A DNA stretch of 63,758 nt, the filler included, from Hyphochytrium catenoides (taxonomy: Eukaryota > Protista > Hyphochytriomycota): NCBI GenBank assembly GCA_900088475.1. It is 11 parts of 11 records of this genome, joined end to end, with 100 filler letters (N's around TTAATTAATTAA, not from the genome) between each part and the next. Parts side by side here need not be neighbours in the genome. Positions count along the whole stretch, not along the records: positions 23,556 to 28,404 come from FLMG01002750.1; positions 28,505 to 31,714 come from FLMG01001309.1; positions 31,815 to 33,460 come from FLMG01001294.1; positions 33,561 to 54,392 come from FLMG01000553.1; 7 more parts are not named here. One strand, written 5' to 3'. Shown piece by piece: positions 25,100 through 36,615 of the stretch. The translations under genes were made by a program, and so were the position numbers. Positions within the stretch are counted from its first letter, which is position 1, and each line of letters begins with the position of its first letter. Below the pieces are notes generated by a model. That model was not told where the DNA came from. It ran no database searches and saw only the letters and a program-made list of their open reading frames with translations.

Positions 25100-25212
25100 T
25101 TTTTAAAAAGGATTGCCGGATCATAGCGTGTTGTCCAGCAGTTCTCTCTCTCTCTCTCTGTTTCTCTCTTTTCCTCGTCGGGCAGGAAAGAATCAAACGG
25201 ATGGCCTGGACC
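24510..25212 (-). CDS. Fragment of an unknown gene with 23-nt and 22-nt microexons
   Basis: An exon ending at 24995 (...DCWTLASALFVTHQRF, GTAAGT donor) joins in phase to 24876-24854 and 24531-24510 (GTAAG donor), giving QRFSDKIWANPEENRVKL. Confidence 0.5.
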
Positions 25213-25597
25213 CTAGCGCGTTGTCCAGCAATTCTCACTCATCTCTCTCTCTCTTTCTCTCTCTCCCTCACCTCGTCGGACAGGGGAGAAGCGATGGAAC
25301 GATGGTTTGGGTTATAATGCCCTCTCTGCTCTCTTCTCTCTCTCTCTCTCTCTCAGTGTTTGCTTCTCCTCGCTGTCTTTTGCCTTTCTTTATCCTGCTC
25401 TGTCTTCCTCTTTTTCTCTTCTCTCTCTTTTCCTCTCTCTTCAGTTTCACTCTCTTTTCTTCAACATTAGCAAAGCCCGGCCTTCGTAGCCACTGCAGTT
25501 CTGCAGGAGGAGGATGAAGAAGACTAGAAGACTGGCGGTCTGCGATGCCGTGCACCCGGCGGAGGAGAGAGGGAAGAAAGGAGAGAGAGAGAGGAGA

Positions 25598-25634
<37 letters not shown>

Positions 25635-27344
25635 GGCGAACGAACATGCACCCAGCACACTTACACTGCCCGATGCTTCTTTTTGCCTTACTTATCACTT
25701 TCACTATCCCTTTATTTAGTACCGACCAGCAATCTTCCTGATAGAGAGAGAGAGAGCAGAAGGATGGGCCGATGGAGGGAAACGAAGCAGCTGGTGGAGC
25801 TCTTTCTCTTTCGACTGGTTCCTCTGCCGCAGCCTCTTCTTTCCTTCATTTGGCGTCGGACGCTTGATCGAACCAGCACCTGCTGGCGACATCCTGTCTC
25901 CAGACCTACTGTCTGCCCGTCTGCAGTACAACGTCTCATTTCCTCGTCTGTCTCTCTCTCTCTCTCTCTNNNNNNNNNNNNNNNNNNNNNNNNNNNNNNN
26001 NNNNNNNNNNNNNNNNNNNNNNNNNNNNNNNNNNNNNNNNNNNNNNNNNNNNNNNNNNNNNNNNNNNNNNNNNNNNTCTCTCTCTCTCTGTCTCTCTTTT
26101 TCTTTTCACTTTTCCATGTAAAGAACTCTTGTGGGGATCCATAATAACGTCCCCCGATTCAAGGATATTCTTAATTAGAATGGTATAATCCTGAATAATG
26201 GGCTCTCGGGGCTTTCAGCTGATTGTTCCAGAAGCTGGAGAATGACTTTTTTGTCGTACAGCATTCTTCGCCTTTATGTCCCCTTCTCTCTGCTCTGTCT
26301 GTGGCTTTTATTATTGTTAAACTAGTAAATGCTGTATCTCGTTAGATTGTGCCACTGCACAGCACTTCGCAGGTCTGTTTTCAGTCATAATAGGAAGGTT
26401 TTATTGGTTTTTATAGAGCTAAAACGATGTTTTGATTACTAAACATAAATCTGACAATAAATAAGTTTCCGGTTATGGAACCACCTGGCTCGAAAACTTC
26501 AAAGGTCCCTGGAACACTGGCAAGAGGAGGATGAAGCTTACGAGGAGAATTGAAGGTTTCATGCTTTATTATGTTTTGCAACTGCAAGAAGTGAGACTGA
26601 TAATAACACCCTATCCCCACCCATCCTTGTTCTTTGCCACTCTGCTCTAAAATGCACAGATAAGTCATCTGCTTCTTACCAGTTATTATTACCCACCCAT
26701 CTGCGGGTCTGTTCGATTTTTTATCGTGGTGCCCAGCATGCAAGGTGGGTGGGATTCTAGAAGATAATACCTTACTAGTGGGGTGTGTGGGCCTATTGCC
26801 GTCGCTGCCATAACAGTACAAGGTATCACTCCAACGTCCCATAAAATCTTAGGCCTATAAAGCGAAAGACAGAGTGGGAAAACGGGCCATACAGTGCAGA
26901 AGACAGGGAAGACAGATTGGTCGACTAAACGAGAAATTACTTAGAAAAAGGAAGAAGAGATAAGAGGAGAGAGTGCATAGAATAATCCCATGACATCACG
27001 AGATATCCATAGCGACTACTAGGATGTCAGAAAGAGGAAGCAAGAGATACAGAGCAACTGAGACAGAGTGTCACATTGCGAATATTAACCAACCTACAAG
27101 TTGAGGCAAAGGTGCAAGCTCTAGGGAGACAGAGCCGGATGAAAGACAGAGCAAAGAAACGTTGGTAATGCAGACCTAGAAGTTACTACAGTACTTGGGA
27201 AGGCCTCCCGACTGCTGTTGTTGCTCTGTCTCTCTTTCCTCTCTCACACCATCTCTCTCTCTCTCTCTCTGTCTCTGTCTCTGACTCTCTCTCTCTCTCA
27301 CACACACTCTCTCTCGCGTTCTCTCTCTTTGATTCTCTCTTTCC

Positions 27345-27387
<43 letters not shown>

Positions 27388-27605
27388 ACTTGTCTCTTCC
27401 TTCTCTTCACACTCTCTCTTACGTGTTTCTCTGTCTCTCGCTCCTTTTCTCTCTCTGTCCCTCACGCTCTCGTTTGCCTGAAGTGTCTCTCTCTTTTCCT
27501 CATTTTCTCATTGTGCTGCTCTCTCTTCCATGCTTCTCTCTCATGATGTTGCCTCTCTTCCTTCTTCCTGGCTCGTTAGCTGCCTGTTGGGGATCCCGCT
27601 GCTGA

Positions 27606-27636
<31 letters not shown>

Positions 27637-28056
27637 GCCGCTCCCACAGCGTGATCGACGCTGCCCTTGACAGGCGGGTGAAAGCTCAGCCATTGTTAAG
27701 CTAGCAAGAGAGAGAGAGAAAGAGAGAAATGGAGACAGAGAAAGAGAGGGAAAGGAAAAGTAAGAAAGGGAGGGAAAGAGAGAGAGGGAAAGAGAGAATG
27801 AGAGAGGGAAAGAGAGAGAGGGAAAGAGAGAAAGAGAATAAGACAGACAGGAGAGACGGAAAGAGAGAGAGGGAAAGAGAGACAGAGATAAACGACAGAG
27901 GACGAGAGAGGGGAGAGCGATATTTTCCCTAAGTTAATGGCAGGCAGCGCAGAGAAGCTGACATTTCAAAGAGACAGAGAAGAAAGACTGACCTGATGTG
28001 AGAGAAGAAGAGAACAAGAGAGAGAGAAAAAGGGAGAGAGAATTCGAGGGGACACA

Positions 28057-28109
<53 letters not shown>

Positions 28110-28404
28110 TCAGCATAGACAAAAGGAGGACGGAGGAAGAAAAAGGCGAGGGAGAGAGGAGAAGAATCGGAGAGAGAGAGAGAGAGTCAATGCGGTTAAA
28201 AGTTTCAACCTTCTCCAACAAAGCTCTCGATTCGGAAAAGGCCAGAGACCTTGAAAGGAGACATCGGGAACGGAGCACAAGCTGGAGCTATTCCCCACAG
28301 AGAGAGACAGAGAGAGAGAGAGAGAGAAAAGAGAGAGAGAGAGGGAAGAGAGAGTGTCCAGAAGTGGAAAGCGCCGCTAAAGAAGCTGGCAGCCGGCGGA
28401 AGAG

Positions 28405-28504
28405 NNNNNNNNNNNNNNNNNNNNNNNNNNNNNNNNNNNNNNNNNNNNTTAATTAATTAANNNNNNNNNNNNNNNNNNNNNNNNNNNNNNNNNNNNNNNN
28501 NNNN
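28405..28504. other. Artificial scaffold spacer
   Basis: N44-TTAATTAATTAA-N44. Confidence 0.98.
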
Positions 28505-28661
28505 CCCCCTTCTCTCCCTCCTCTCTGTCTCTATCTCAATATCTCTCTCTCCTCCGCCCCCTCCCCCTTCCTCTCTCTATCTCTTTCTCTCTCTCTCCTC
28601 TCCCTCAATGTCTCTGTGAACTTCTCTCCTCCATGTCTGTTACGTCGTTCGCCGTCGCCAG

Positions 28662-29400
28662 AGCTGGCTCAGGAGGAAGAGGACTCGGAGCTTATGGCTC
28701 AGTGTCTGCTGGACCTTCAGGAGTTAGGAGAGAGAGTAAGAAGCGCTGAAATCGAGTCTCTCCTTCTGCCAGAGGACAACTGTGGTTGTTTCTTAGAGAT
28801 ATTAGCAGGACCAGGTCATTCTCTTCCCACTTCTTTCTTTATTAGCTTCTTTCTTTGCCTCTTCTCTTTACTTGCTCTGGAGTACTCTTGCTCGTCCGCG
28901 CTGCCTCACATTCCCTCTCTCTCCGTCTCTTTCCTTTCTTGCTCTCTCTCTTCTTTTCTCTCTCTTTCTCTCTCTCTCTCTCTTTTGTCCTCTCTCTCTC
29001 GCGCGCTGTTCTCCCTCTCTGTTCTCCTTTCTCTCACTCTTTTTCCCCAATTCCCTCTCTCTCTCTCTTTCTTTCTTTTTCTTAATTACCTCCCTCAGGT
29101 CCTTCTCTATCTCTCTTGTTCTCGTTCTCTCTTTCTGGCTCCTGTGTTGTCTTTGCCTGCCTCTCACGCTTCTCTCTTAGGTGGGAGAGACAGCAGAGAC
29201 TGGGTGGAGATGCTTGTCAAGATGTATGAGAGATGGGGCTCTGATCGAGGTTATCAGGGTAGGAGCATGGAGAACTCAGTCTTCTCGCTCACTTCTCTTT
29301 CTTTTCTCTCTCTAGGTCTGGGAGTCCCTCTCATTTAGTGCCTCTTTCTTCTCACCTTCCTGATCACATTGAAAGCGCTTCCTCTTCCTATCTCTCTCTC

Positions 29401-29435
<35 letters not shown>

Positions 29436-29476
29436 CTGACCCAATCGAAAGTGCTCTCTTATTTCTATGTCCCTCT

Positions 29477-29519
<43 letters not shown>

Positions 29520-29619
29520 CCAATCCTTCCTAGCCCGCTACCCTATTTTCTTTTCCTGGCTAACTCTCTTAAGTCCCATCTCCTCTCCCTCTCTCTACCC
29601 CGATTCTCTCTCTCTGTAC

Positions 29620-29653
<34 letters not shown>

Positions 29654-30458
29654 TCCTTCTTTTATCATCCGTTTCGCCGTCAGTGGAAGTGGTGGAGACG
29701 GTCATCGCTGACTCCGGCGGGGCGAGGAGCGCGATGATGAAGATCGAAGGGCCTTACGCCTACGGCTGGCTCAATGTCGAGGTCGGAGTCCATAGATTAG
29801 TCAGGAAGTCGCCGTTTGATCCAACGGTAAAGCAAGCTCCCTTTCTTTCGCGTCTTTCTTCCACGGCTTCTCTCTCTCTCTCTCTTTCTTTCTCTCTCTC
29901 TCTCTCTTTCTTTCTCTCTCTCTCTCTCTTCCTCTCTCTCTCCGTCCGTCTCTCTTTCTCTCTTCTCTGCCTGTTGCGTGTGACTCTTATCTCGAGTCGA
30001 GTCGTTGGTCGTCTCTCCTTCGCTGAGCGACATTTCGTTACTCTCCTTTTCTTCTTTGTTTTGTCTTCCTCATGATTTCTCTCCCTTTTCTCTCTCTCTG
30101 TTTTCTTTGTTGCCCACTCCGGTTTATTTCTAGATGCAGCCACCTTCACTGTCTTTCCTGTCAGTTCTGTCTCCTCTCTCTCTTTCTTCTGCCCTTTCTC
30201 TTTTTCCCTCTCATCTGTGTATATCAGTCTCTCTGTCTCTCTCTCTCTGTCTCTCTCTCTCTCTGTCAGTCCTTCACGACCATTATCCATGGGATTATGT
30301 CTCTCGAGGACTGAGCTCCGTCATGTCTCTCTTCCCTTTTCACCTTCTGGTCACCTTGACCACTCGATATTCTAGGGGAAACGGCAAACATCTTTCGCCC
30401 AAGTGCGAGTTTACCCTTTCAAAGGTGAGGACTGACTAGTGCAGGGAGAGAGAGAGAC

Positions 30459-30505
<47 letters not shown>

Positions 30506-31681
30506 AAGAGAGAGAAAGAAGGAGAGAGAAAATGAAAGGAAGTTGTGCAGTGAAAAAGGTTGAGGGAGAAGGGACCACCACTAGAACTGGAGGTTATCAA
30601 GGGAAGAGAGAGAGGGGTCGGTTATTCAAGAGGAAGGGAGGTGAGCAGAGACAGAGAGAGAGACTTAACACAGAACGGATGGTGAGACAGACTGAGAGAC
30701 ATCGCTTGAGGGAGAGGAGAGCGAGAGAAGAGTAAGGAGAAAGAGGGAGTAGCAAGGGAGAGAAAGTGTGCGAGAAGCTGAGGGTGTAGAATGAAGGAGA
30801 CGAGAGAGAGATGAGAAGAAGAGAAGACATGTCATTGAAAAGGACGCGAGTTCTAACTGTTGGTCCTCTCAGGCGATATCGCAAGCGCCTCATCTCCGGT
30901 TGCTCTGGACCCGAAAGACCTTAGAATCGATACGTTTAGATCCTCTGGCGCGGGGGGACAGGTAGAGAAAGAAGAGAAAGAATGTTTACGCTCGACAGTC
31001 AGGCTTTTCGTCGTCTCTCTCTTAGGTCTTTCCTCTCTTTCTCAGGAAGAGATATGTCTCCCTTTGCTATCAAACACTTTTGCGCGTTCTGCCCAACCTT
31101 TTCTCTCTCTAACTCTCTTTCTCTCTCTAACTCTCTTTCTATCTCTCTCTCTCCCCCCTCTCTCTCTCTCTTCGCCNNNNNNGTGTGTTTCTCTCTCCGT
31201 CTTCTCTCATGCATACTCTCTCCTGCCGCTCAGCACGTCAACACAACGGACAGCGCGGTGCGGATCGTCCACTTGCCGACTGGGCTGACGGCGAGCAGTC
31301 AGGCTCAGCGCTCTCAGCATCAGAACAAAGCAGCAGCTCTAGAAGTCCTGCAGGCCAAACTCTTAGAGCTTGAACAAACCAAAAGGTAGAGCGCTGCTCT
31401 TCTCTCTCTCTCTCTCTCTTTCTCTCTCTTCCCCCCTCTCTCTCTCTTTCTCTCCTTCTTGTCTCTCCTTCTCTCTTTCTTGTCTCTCCTTCTCTCTTTC
31501 TTGTCTCTCCTTCTCTCTCTTTCCCGTTAAGGGACCGTTGGCTAGTCCTGGTGGCTGTGCTCTTCTACATATTATACGCCCTGGCTCACTCCACACTCTC
31601 TCTACTTGCCCGCACTCTGCTAGGGACGACGAAAAGGAGAAGTTTCGGCAGCAAGCGGGAGAGAATAACTGGGGCAGCCAG
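28662..31681 (+). CDS. prfB: Bacterial-type peptide chain release factor 2, nuclear-encoded organellar (probably mitochondrial), partial
   Basis: Exons 28662-28814, 29181-29258, 29684-29826, 30376-30424, 30873-30961, 31234-31385 and 31624-31681. They encode [14 protein letters not shown] (SPF), [31 protein letters not shown] (GGQ), RSQHQNK and WGSQ. Confidence 0.95.
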
Positions 31682-31714
31682 GTATGGCATCCTGGAAAAG
31701 AAAAAAAAACGGGC

Positions 31715-31814
31715 NNNNNNNNNNNNNNNNNNNNNNNNNNNNNNNNNNNNNNNNNNNNTTAATTAATTAANNNNNNNNNNNNNNNNNNNNNNNNNNNNNN
31801 NNNNNNNNNNNNNN
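31715..31814. other. Artificial scaffold spacer
   Basis: N44-TTAATTAATTAA-N44. Confidence 0.98.
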
Positions 31815-32845
31815 TTTTGTTGGCTATTCATGAAGAAGTGCGCTTCAGATTCTGAAGCGGATTCCTCTCCAGCAGCCGGACCGCTTGCTCGGGCAGACAT
31901 GATGATGATGACATACAATGTCGTCGGCACTTCATCTTCTCCTCTTTCTTCTCCTCTTGTTACTACGGAGGGAGTCAACGATTATGGCCCTTCCTTTTCT
32001 AATAATGAATGTGGAGCAGTTCGAGCTGATGAAGAGATCAAGGCTTTGTAGCTCTTGTTGTCTCTTCTTCTTCTTCCTATTCTTCTCTTTCTTCTTCCAC
32101 TTTCTCATTCTTCTCCACATTCTTCCTCTTGTTCTTCTTCTTCTGAGTAGTAGTAGCTAAAAGCTCCACAAGGGAAAGTGAGGCCGATGGGCCCCAACTT
32201 CATTTCAGGGAAGAGACAGAGGTTGCCAAACCGAGGCCTGTGGCAATAACTCCTCTGTAAGAAGTAACGTCTTTCGGTGGTGCTACTACGCCCTTGTATG
32301 TCTTGGACTGTGTGGATCCACTCGTGTTGCTCTGCTCTTGACTCTTCCTCCTCTCGGCCTCTAGGTCATTGTCTCGGATAGCAAAAAAGACTCTAACTCT
32401 TCACATCAGAATCTCCTTAGCGATCCATGAAGAGAACGCTACAGATCTGAAGCGTATTCCTCTTCATCATCAGCCGTCGTTGGACCCTGCTGCTGCTGCT
32501 CTTGCTGCTTGCTTGCCTGACTGAGTAGTGTGATGATGATGGTCACGCCTGCTGCCCTTCTCTTCTCCTCCTTCTCCTGTTGTCATTAATGATTGCCAAC
32601 GAGGAGTTCAACTGTGGTTCTATCATCTTCCTTTTCCGATAATGATGGTGGAGGCGGAGAGCGTGTTAGAAGAAGAGTCCAGGGCTTTGTAGCTCTTGCC
32701 TCGTCTTGTTCTTCTTCTTCTTCTTCTTCTTCTTCTTCTCCTTCTCTTCCTTTTCCTTGAGTAGTCGTAGTAGTAAATAATAGCAGCTCTTCTCCTACTT
32801 CTTCTTCTCACTCTTCTTTCTCCTCCTTCTCCTCCTCCTTCTTCT

Positions 32846-32876
<31 letters not shown>

Positions 32877-33363
32877 TCTACTTCTTCTTCTTCTTCTTCT
32901 TTTCACTTTTGCTTCTTCTAAATAAAACTGAACAAAAATGAATAAAAAATATGAGGTTTGTTGAATGAGAAGGACAAGCTCAAAAGGAAAGGATGGGGTA
33001 GTTGTGGGGAACTTTAATTAAAACCCTCATAGGTTTATAAGTTATGTTATAAAAAAGCCCAGTAAGACAAAACTCTTCTCCAGACAGAGATGCAGAAGAC
33101 AGAGCTTTCTGAAGCTTCTTTCCGATGATGAGGAGCACTACTATCAGACGGTGCCGATGACCTTGCTCTGCCTGCTGGAGAGAAAAGAGAGCAAGACAGA
33201 CGAACGGAGTAGTAGTAGTAGATACGGAGATTCTCGGAGGTTCTCCTGGACGGCGTGTTGAAAGGCAGAGTGTCAAGGTGTCATCATCCTTAGCGGAAGA
33301 GAACTTAACGGGTTGCCTAGCAGCAGGAGGAAGAGGAGCGACTTCCATATTGCGCGCCGTAGA

Positions 33364-33460
33364 ATGAGAGAAGCGGTGGTCTCCATTCCAGGCTATGGCG
33401 GCATTACGTTGAGAGGCGCAGTCTCCATCCCGGACGAGAACACGAGAAGAACTGCTGTCA
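33364..33460 (+). CDS. Possible 5' end of an alpha/beta-hydrolase-like gene, truncated by the scaffold end
   Basis: MREAVVSIPGYGGITLRGAVSIPDENTRRTAV resembles the N-terminal strands of alpha/beta hydrolases, but it is too short to be sure. Confidence 0.3.
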
Positions 33461-33560
33461 NNNNNNNNNNNNNNNNNNNNNNNNNNNNNNNNNNNNNNNN
33501 NNNNTTAATTAATTAANNNNNNNNNNNNNNNNNNNNNNNNNNNNNNNNNNNNNNNNNNNN
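33461..33560. other. Artificial scaffold spacer
   Basis: N44-TTAATTAATTAA-N44. Confidence 0.98.
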
Positions 33561-34134
33561 CAGACCATTCTTCTCGTCGTCGATATCCGATATTTGCATC
33601 ATCGCAAGCGATAAATATTCGTTATTTACTTCGACGAAACAAATGCGACGCTAGCACGAGCGACCTTGGAAAAGCAACATCGAGCCACATGCATCGCACC
33701 CACGTCTTCTTTCGCCGAAAGCATCCATAATACTCGCACAATCGTTCCTTGAATGTACCGTCTCGTTCAGTCAGAGTTGTCGTCGGAGCATTTGCGAGAA
33801 TGTGCGGCAGAATCACTTGGAGAAGGGTAGCTTCGGGTGCGCTTGTTGCCCGCTGAGGCACTTGCACGATGAGCGCATTGTCTTCATCCTGTCCGAACTC
33901 AGTGACTGCTGACGATGATTTGGGCAGCTTCTGCTTCGCGTCGTAGTACGCCGCCCTGTCCGCGAATACTGTGAGGTCGGCCGCGATCACAGTTGCAGGG
34001 AGAGCACGAGAGACTTTGGCAAACACAGCATCCCGCAACGTATCCACATCCTCAACATCCACGGCAACAGAAGTCGCCGACGTCAGAGCGCTCCCATCTT
34101 CGCCTACGAGCTGGAACCATTTCCGCGCCATCAT
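33561..34134 (-). pseudogene. CRN: Crinkler (CRN)-type effector with HNH-nuclease-like C-terminal domain, frameshifted
   Basis: The N-terminus WFQLVG...VDTLRDAVFAK...ADLTVF...ALIVQVP matches CR N-terminal domain architecture (LxLFLAK-like and HVLVVVP-like positions). The C-terminus RCMWLD...ASHLFRRS resumes after 4 extra nt (33627-33624) as NEYLSLAMMQISDIDDEKNGL, typical of HNH_2-type domains. It runs off the scaffold. Confidence 0.85.
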
Positions 34135-34683
34135 CGTTCAATCTCACACGGCAACTTCTTCGAGGATGAACTCTCATGCTATAACCTCAGCTGAGGTTCT
34201 TTATAGTAGTAAGAGCTTTCTAAAAGTGGTCAATAAAAATAGTACCACCACAGTGAGCCTTCCCCCAGGAGCAGTGGTCACTGAGAAATAATGGCGGAGG
34301 AAGTCCAGTCTGTCTTTGACAGTGTACAGGTCCGCAGTCATCACTGCAAACACTTACTGCTTACTGCTTATTACTGCTTCGTAGCAGCATTGGTGGCTCC
34401 GTTCTATCTGAAGTATCTCTAGATTGAGACGTGAAACTCCATGTGTAGGGAGGAGGAGGACCACATCGTGATAGAGCCTCAGCTTGATGCTCACAGATGG
34501 AGGCTGTAAGTACAGGGCTATACTCAATCCAATAACAGGAGGTAGAGAGGCCAATCTCCTGAGAAGTAGAAGGAGGAGCGCCGCGAGGCTTGGAGACCTC
34601 AGCTGAGTGCCAAGCAGGCAGGCAGTCTAGAGCAGGATAGAGGTGGACAGCCGCGAGTAAGCAGTTGTCCATGATCTCTTGGC

Positions 34684-36235
34684 CTAGAACCAAACAGAAG
34701 TGCGGTCTCGTTGTTGAGTCAACTTCATTCGCTGCCGCCGAGCGTTCTCTTGAAGCTCTAATAAACTCTGAGCCTTTTCAAAGAACTCCATGGGGGTGAT
34801 CGTCTTGTCCTGATTGCGCAGCACAGCTGGAATGATAGAAATGGAAATTTGGGGGTGATGGGTGAGAGTTGTGAAGAGGAACAAAGTGTACAGAAAAGCA
34901 AGTAAGAGCGGAAAGTTGCCGAGCCAATGGTGAAGTTCAGAAGAGATTCCTTTCCTAGCTGTACGCCGCAATCGATAAGAAGTTAGAATATGGAGAAGCT
35001 TTGCTCTAAAGACCTGGATATCCGTGCTTCTTCAATACAATGTTCCCTGCTATCCTTGCGCTTCTGCCATTGCCGTCATGGAAAGGGTGAATAAAGTATA
35101 CGAGTGTTCCGAAAACGCAATAGGCAAGAAGTAGAGGGTGAGAGGAGAGAGCCTGAGCTGAGTTAACGAATTCAAAGAATTCATCAAGGGCACGAGTGAC
35201 TTCTCCAGGGGGCATGAACACTCTGTAGTGATGCTGAGAAGAGTAACCAACTGCAGCAGTTGTCCGTAATTTTCCTGAGAAGGCCCAGAGAGGGAGAGAC
35301 AAGTTAGACGCGGACGGATGACGAGACCAGAAAGCCGCAGCCACGGCGCAAGAAACATAGGCAGGGAATGGGAATATCAGGGCTGAGAACTGTCACAATA
35401 GGGGTAAGTCAGCCACTAGGAGTGAAGATTCAAAGACCAAACTTAGATGTATAGTCCGTTCGGCGGAGCAGGCTCTGGAAAAAGGGAGGCCTCGAGGATT
35501 ACCAATGTTTGACGGATCCTCTACGTTGCAGTTCCGTTGAATCTCCATTAGTTGCTCCCGGCTCAAGAGTGAGGAGGAATCTTGGAGGATGCTATTGACA
35601 GTGTCCAATAAACTCCCGGATTCTCCTGTCCGGGATCTTTGAGAGCAACCCAAAAGAATGTCAGGCAAGTTGAGGCGACGGAGGAGATAAGCAAAGAACG
35701 AAGTCAAAGACAGAAAGCTCGAACTATATACTTCAAATGGTCGTGAAGGTGTCGCGTGAAGGGTGCGGAACACGATTGCCAGATAGAGAATTGAGAGAGA
35801 AAGGAAGGAACTCGGGGAGACAAGATATTCAAAGGGCCGCGGGCTCATGGCCATAGGAGCGCGAAGAGACATTCCATTAGCGAAAGAGACGGACCCTGGC
35901 TGTGGAACATGCTTGGCGCCTACAGAGTCGTAGATCTCTCGAGAAGTAAACTCTGCTATTCGACCGTCCAGGGAACTGATCGCCGACTCGTGGCCTTGTC
36001 GAAACCTCTCAAATATCTGTTGGAGCTCTGGAAAGAACTACAGGCGCCACGATTAGAAGCAGGAACAAAGGCCAGGGCCCCCTCCTCTCCCCGTCGCCTT
36101 CTCCGTGCTTTTGTCAGACGATTCTGGTTCGAAGCTACTGAGTATCTTAACGTGGAAATGTGTAATCCTTACCTTCCTTAGTCGCAAGAGGACAGGAGAA
36201 GGAGGAGAGTCTGGGTCGGCAAAATACTCTACCAT
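34684..36235 (-). CDS. Fic-domain protein (putative AMPylase)
   Basis: Canonical HPFHDGNGRSAR motif at about 35089-35054. Exons 36037-35503, 35274-35014 and 34826-34684 join in phase (PSNIG|KLRTT; YP|AVLRNQ). The first exon from ATG 36235 is tentative. Confidence 0.9.
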
Positions 36236-36273
36236 AGGGCCTACAGGTGCGCGAGGCGTTATATAAGTCCTTG

Positions 36274-36615
36274 CTAACTCCTTCCTGTAATTTCTACCGT
36301 ACCATTGTTAGTTGATGAGACAGGCTTCTCATATGTTGGGATCATGGCCTTCCCTGGATGTATGTGTCCTGGCACGTTGAACTTGCAAAGGATGCATTCT
36401 GGTTCCTGCTTGCTCTCCTTCTCCTGCCTTTCCATCTCTTCTATGTTTCTTGCTTTCTCCTCCGCCTTTGCCGCCTCCTCTTCTTCTTGTGCCTTTTCGG
36501 GGTCGGTATTCAGCTTTTTTAGGGCTTCTTGAGCCATACCGAATATTCTCTCCGTCGGCGGGCTTGCGCTGACGTAGAATTGAAGAAAGTAACGCAACCT
36601 ACTTCGCAAACGTGC
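36274..36615 (-). CDS. Last exon of an unknown gene (charged coiled coil plus CxxC...H-x-H)
   Basis: Open frame AQEALKKLNTDPEKAQEEEEAAKAEEKARNIEEMERQEKESKQEPECILCKFNVPGHIHPG preceded by a TTAG acceptor; upstream exon structure is ambiguous. Confidence 0.45.
   Translation of the reverse strand, partial: ARLRSRLRYFLQFYVSASPPTERIFGMAQEALKKLNTDPEKAQEEEEAAKAEEKARNIEEMERQEKESKQEPECILCKFNVPGHIHPGKAMIPTYEKPVSSTNNGTVEITGRS

Larger units (their letters stand above)
3560..31520. repeat. Dense (CT)n/(GA)n microsatellite field in introns, intergenic DNA and some exons
   Basis: Directly visible. Most internal N-gaps sit in these tracts. The same character recurs at 56232-57652 and 58857-63758. Confidence 0.95.

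Noticed and set aside
25213-25215. In-frame TAG opposite TAT in a duplicated unit as evidence of stop-codon reassignment
   Set aside because: Conserved genes terminate normally at TAG, TAA and TGA and contain no internal stops
3396-31766. The many SLSLSL / ERERER ORFs in the supplied track
   Set aside because: They are stop-free translations of CT/GA microsatellite. Only the embedded exons listed above are supported.
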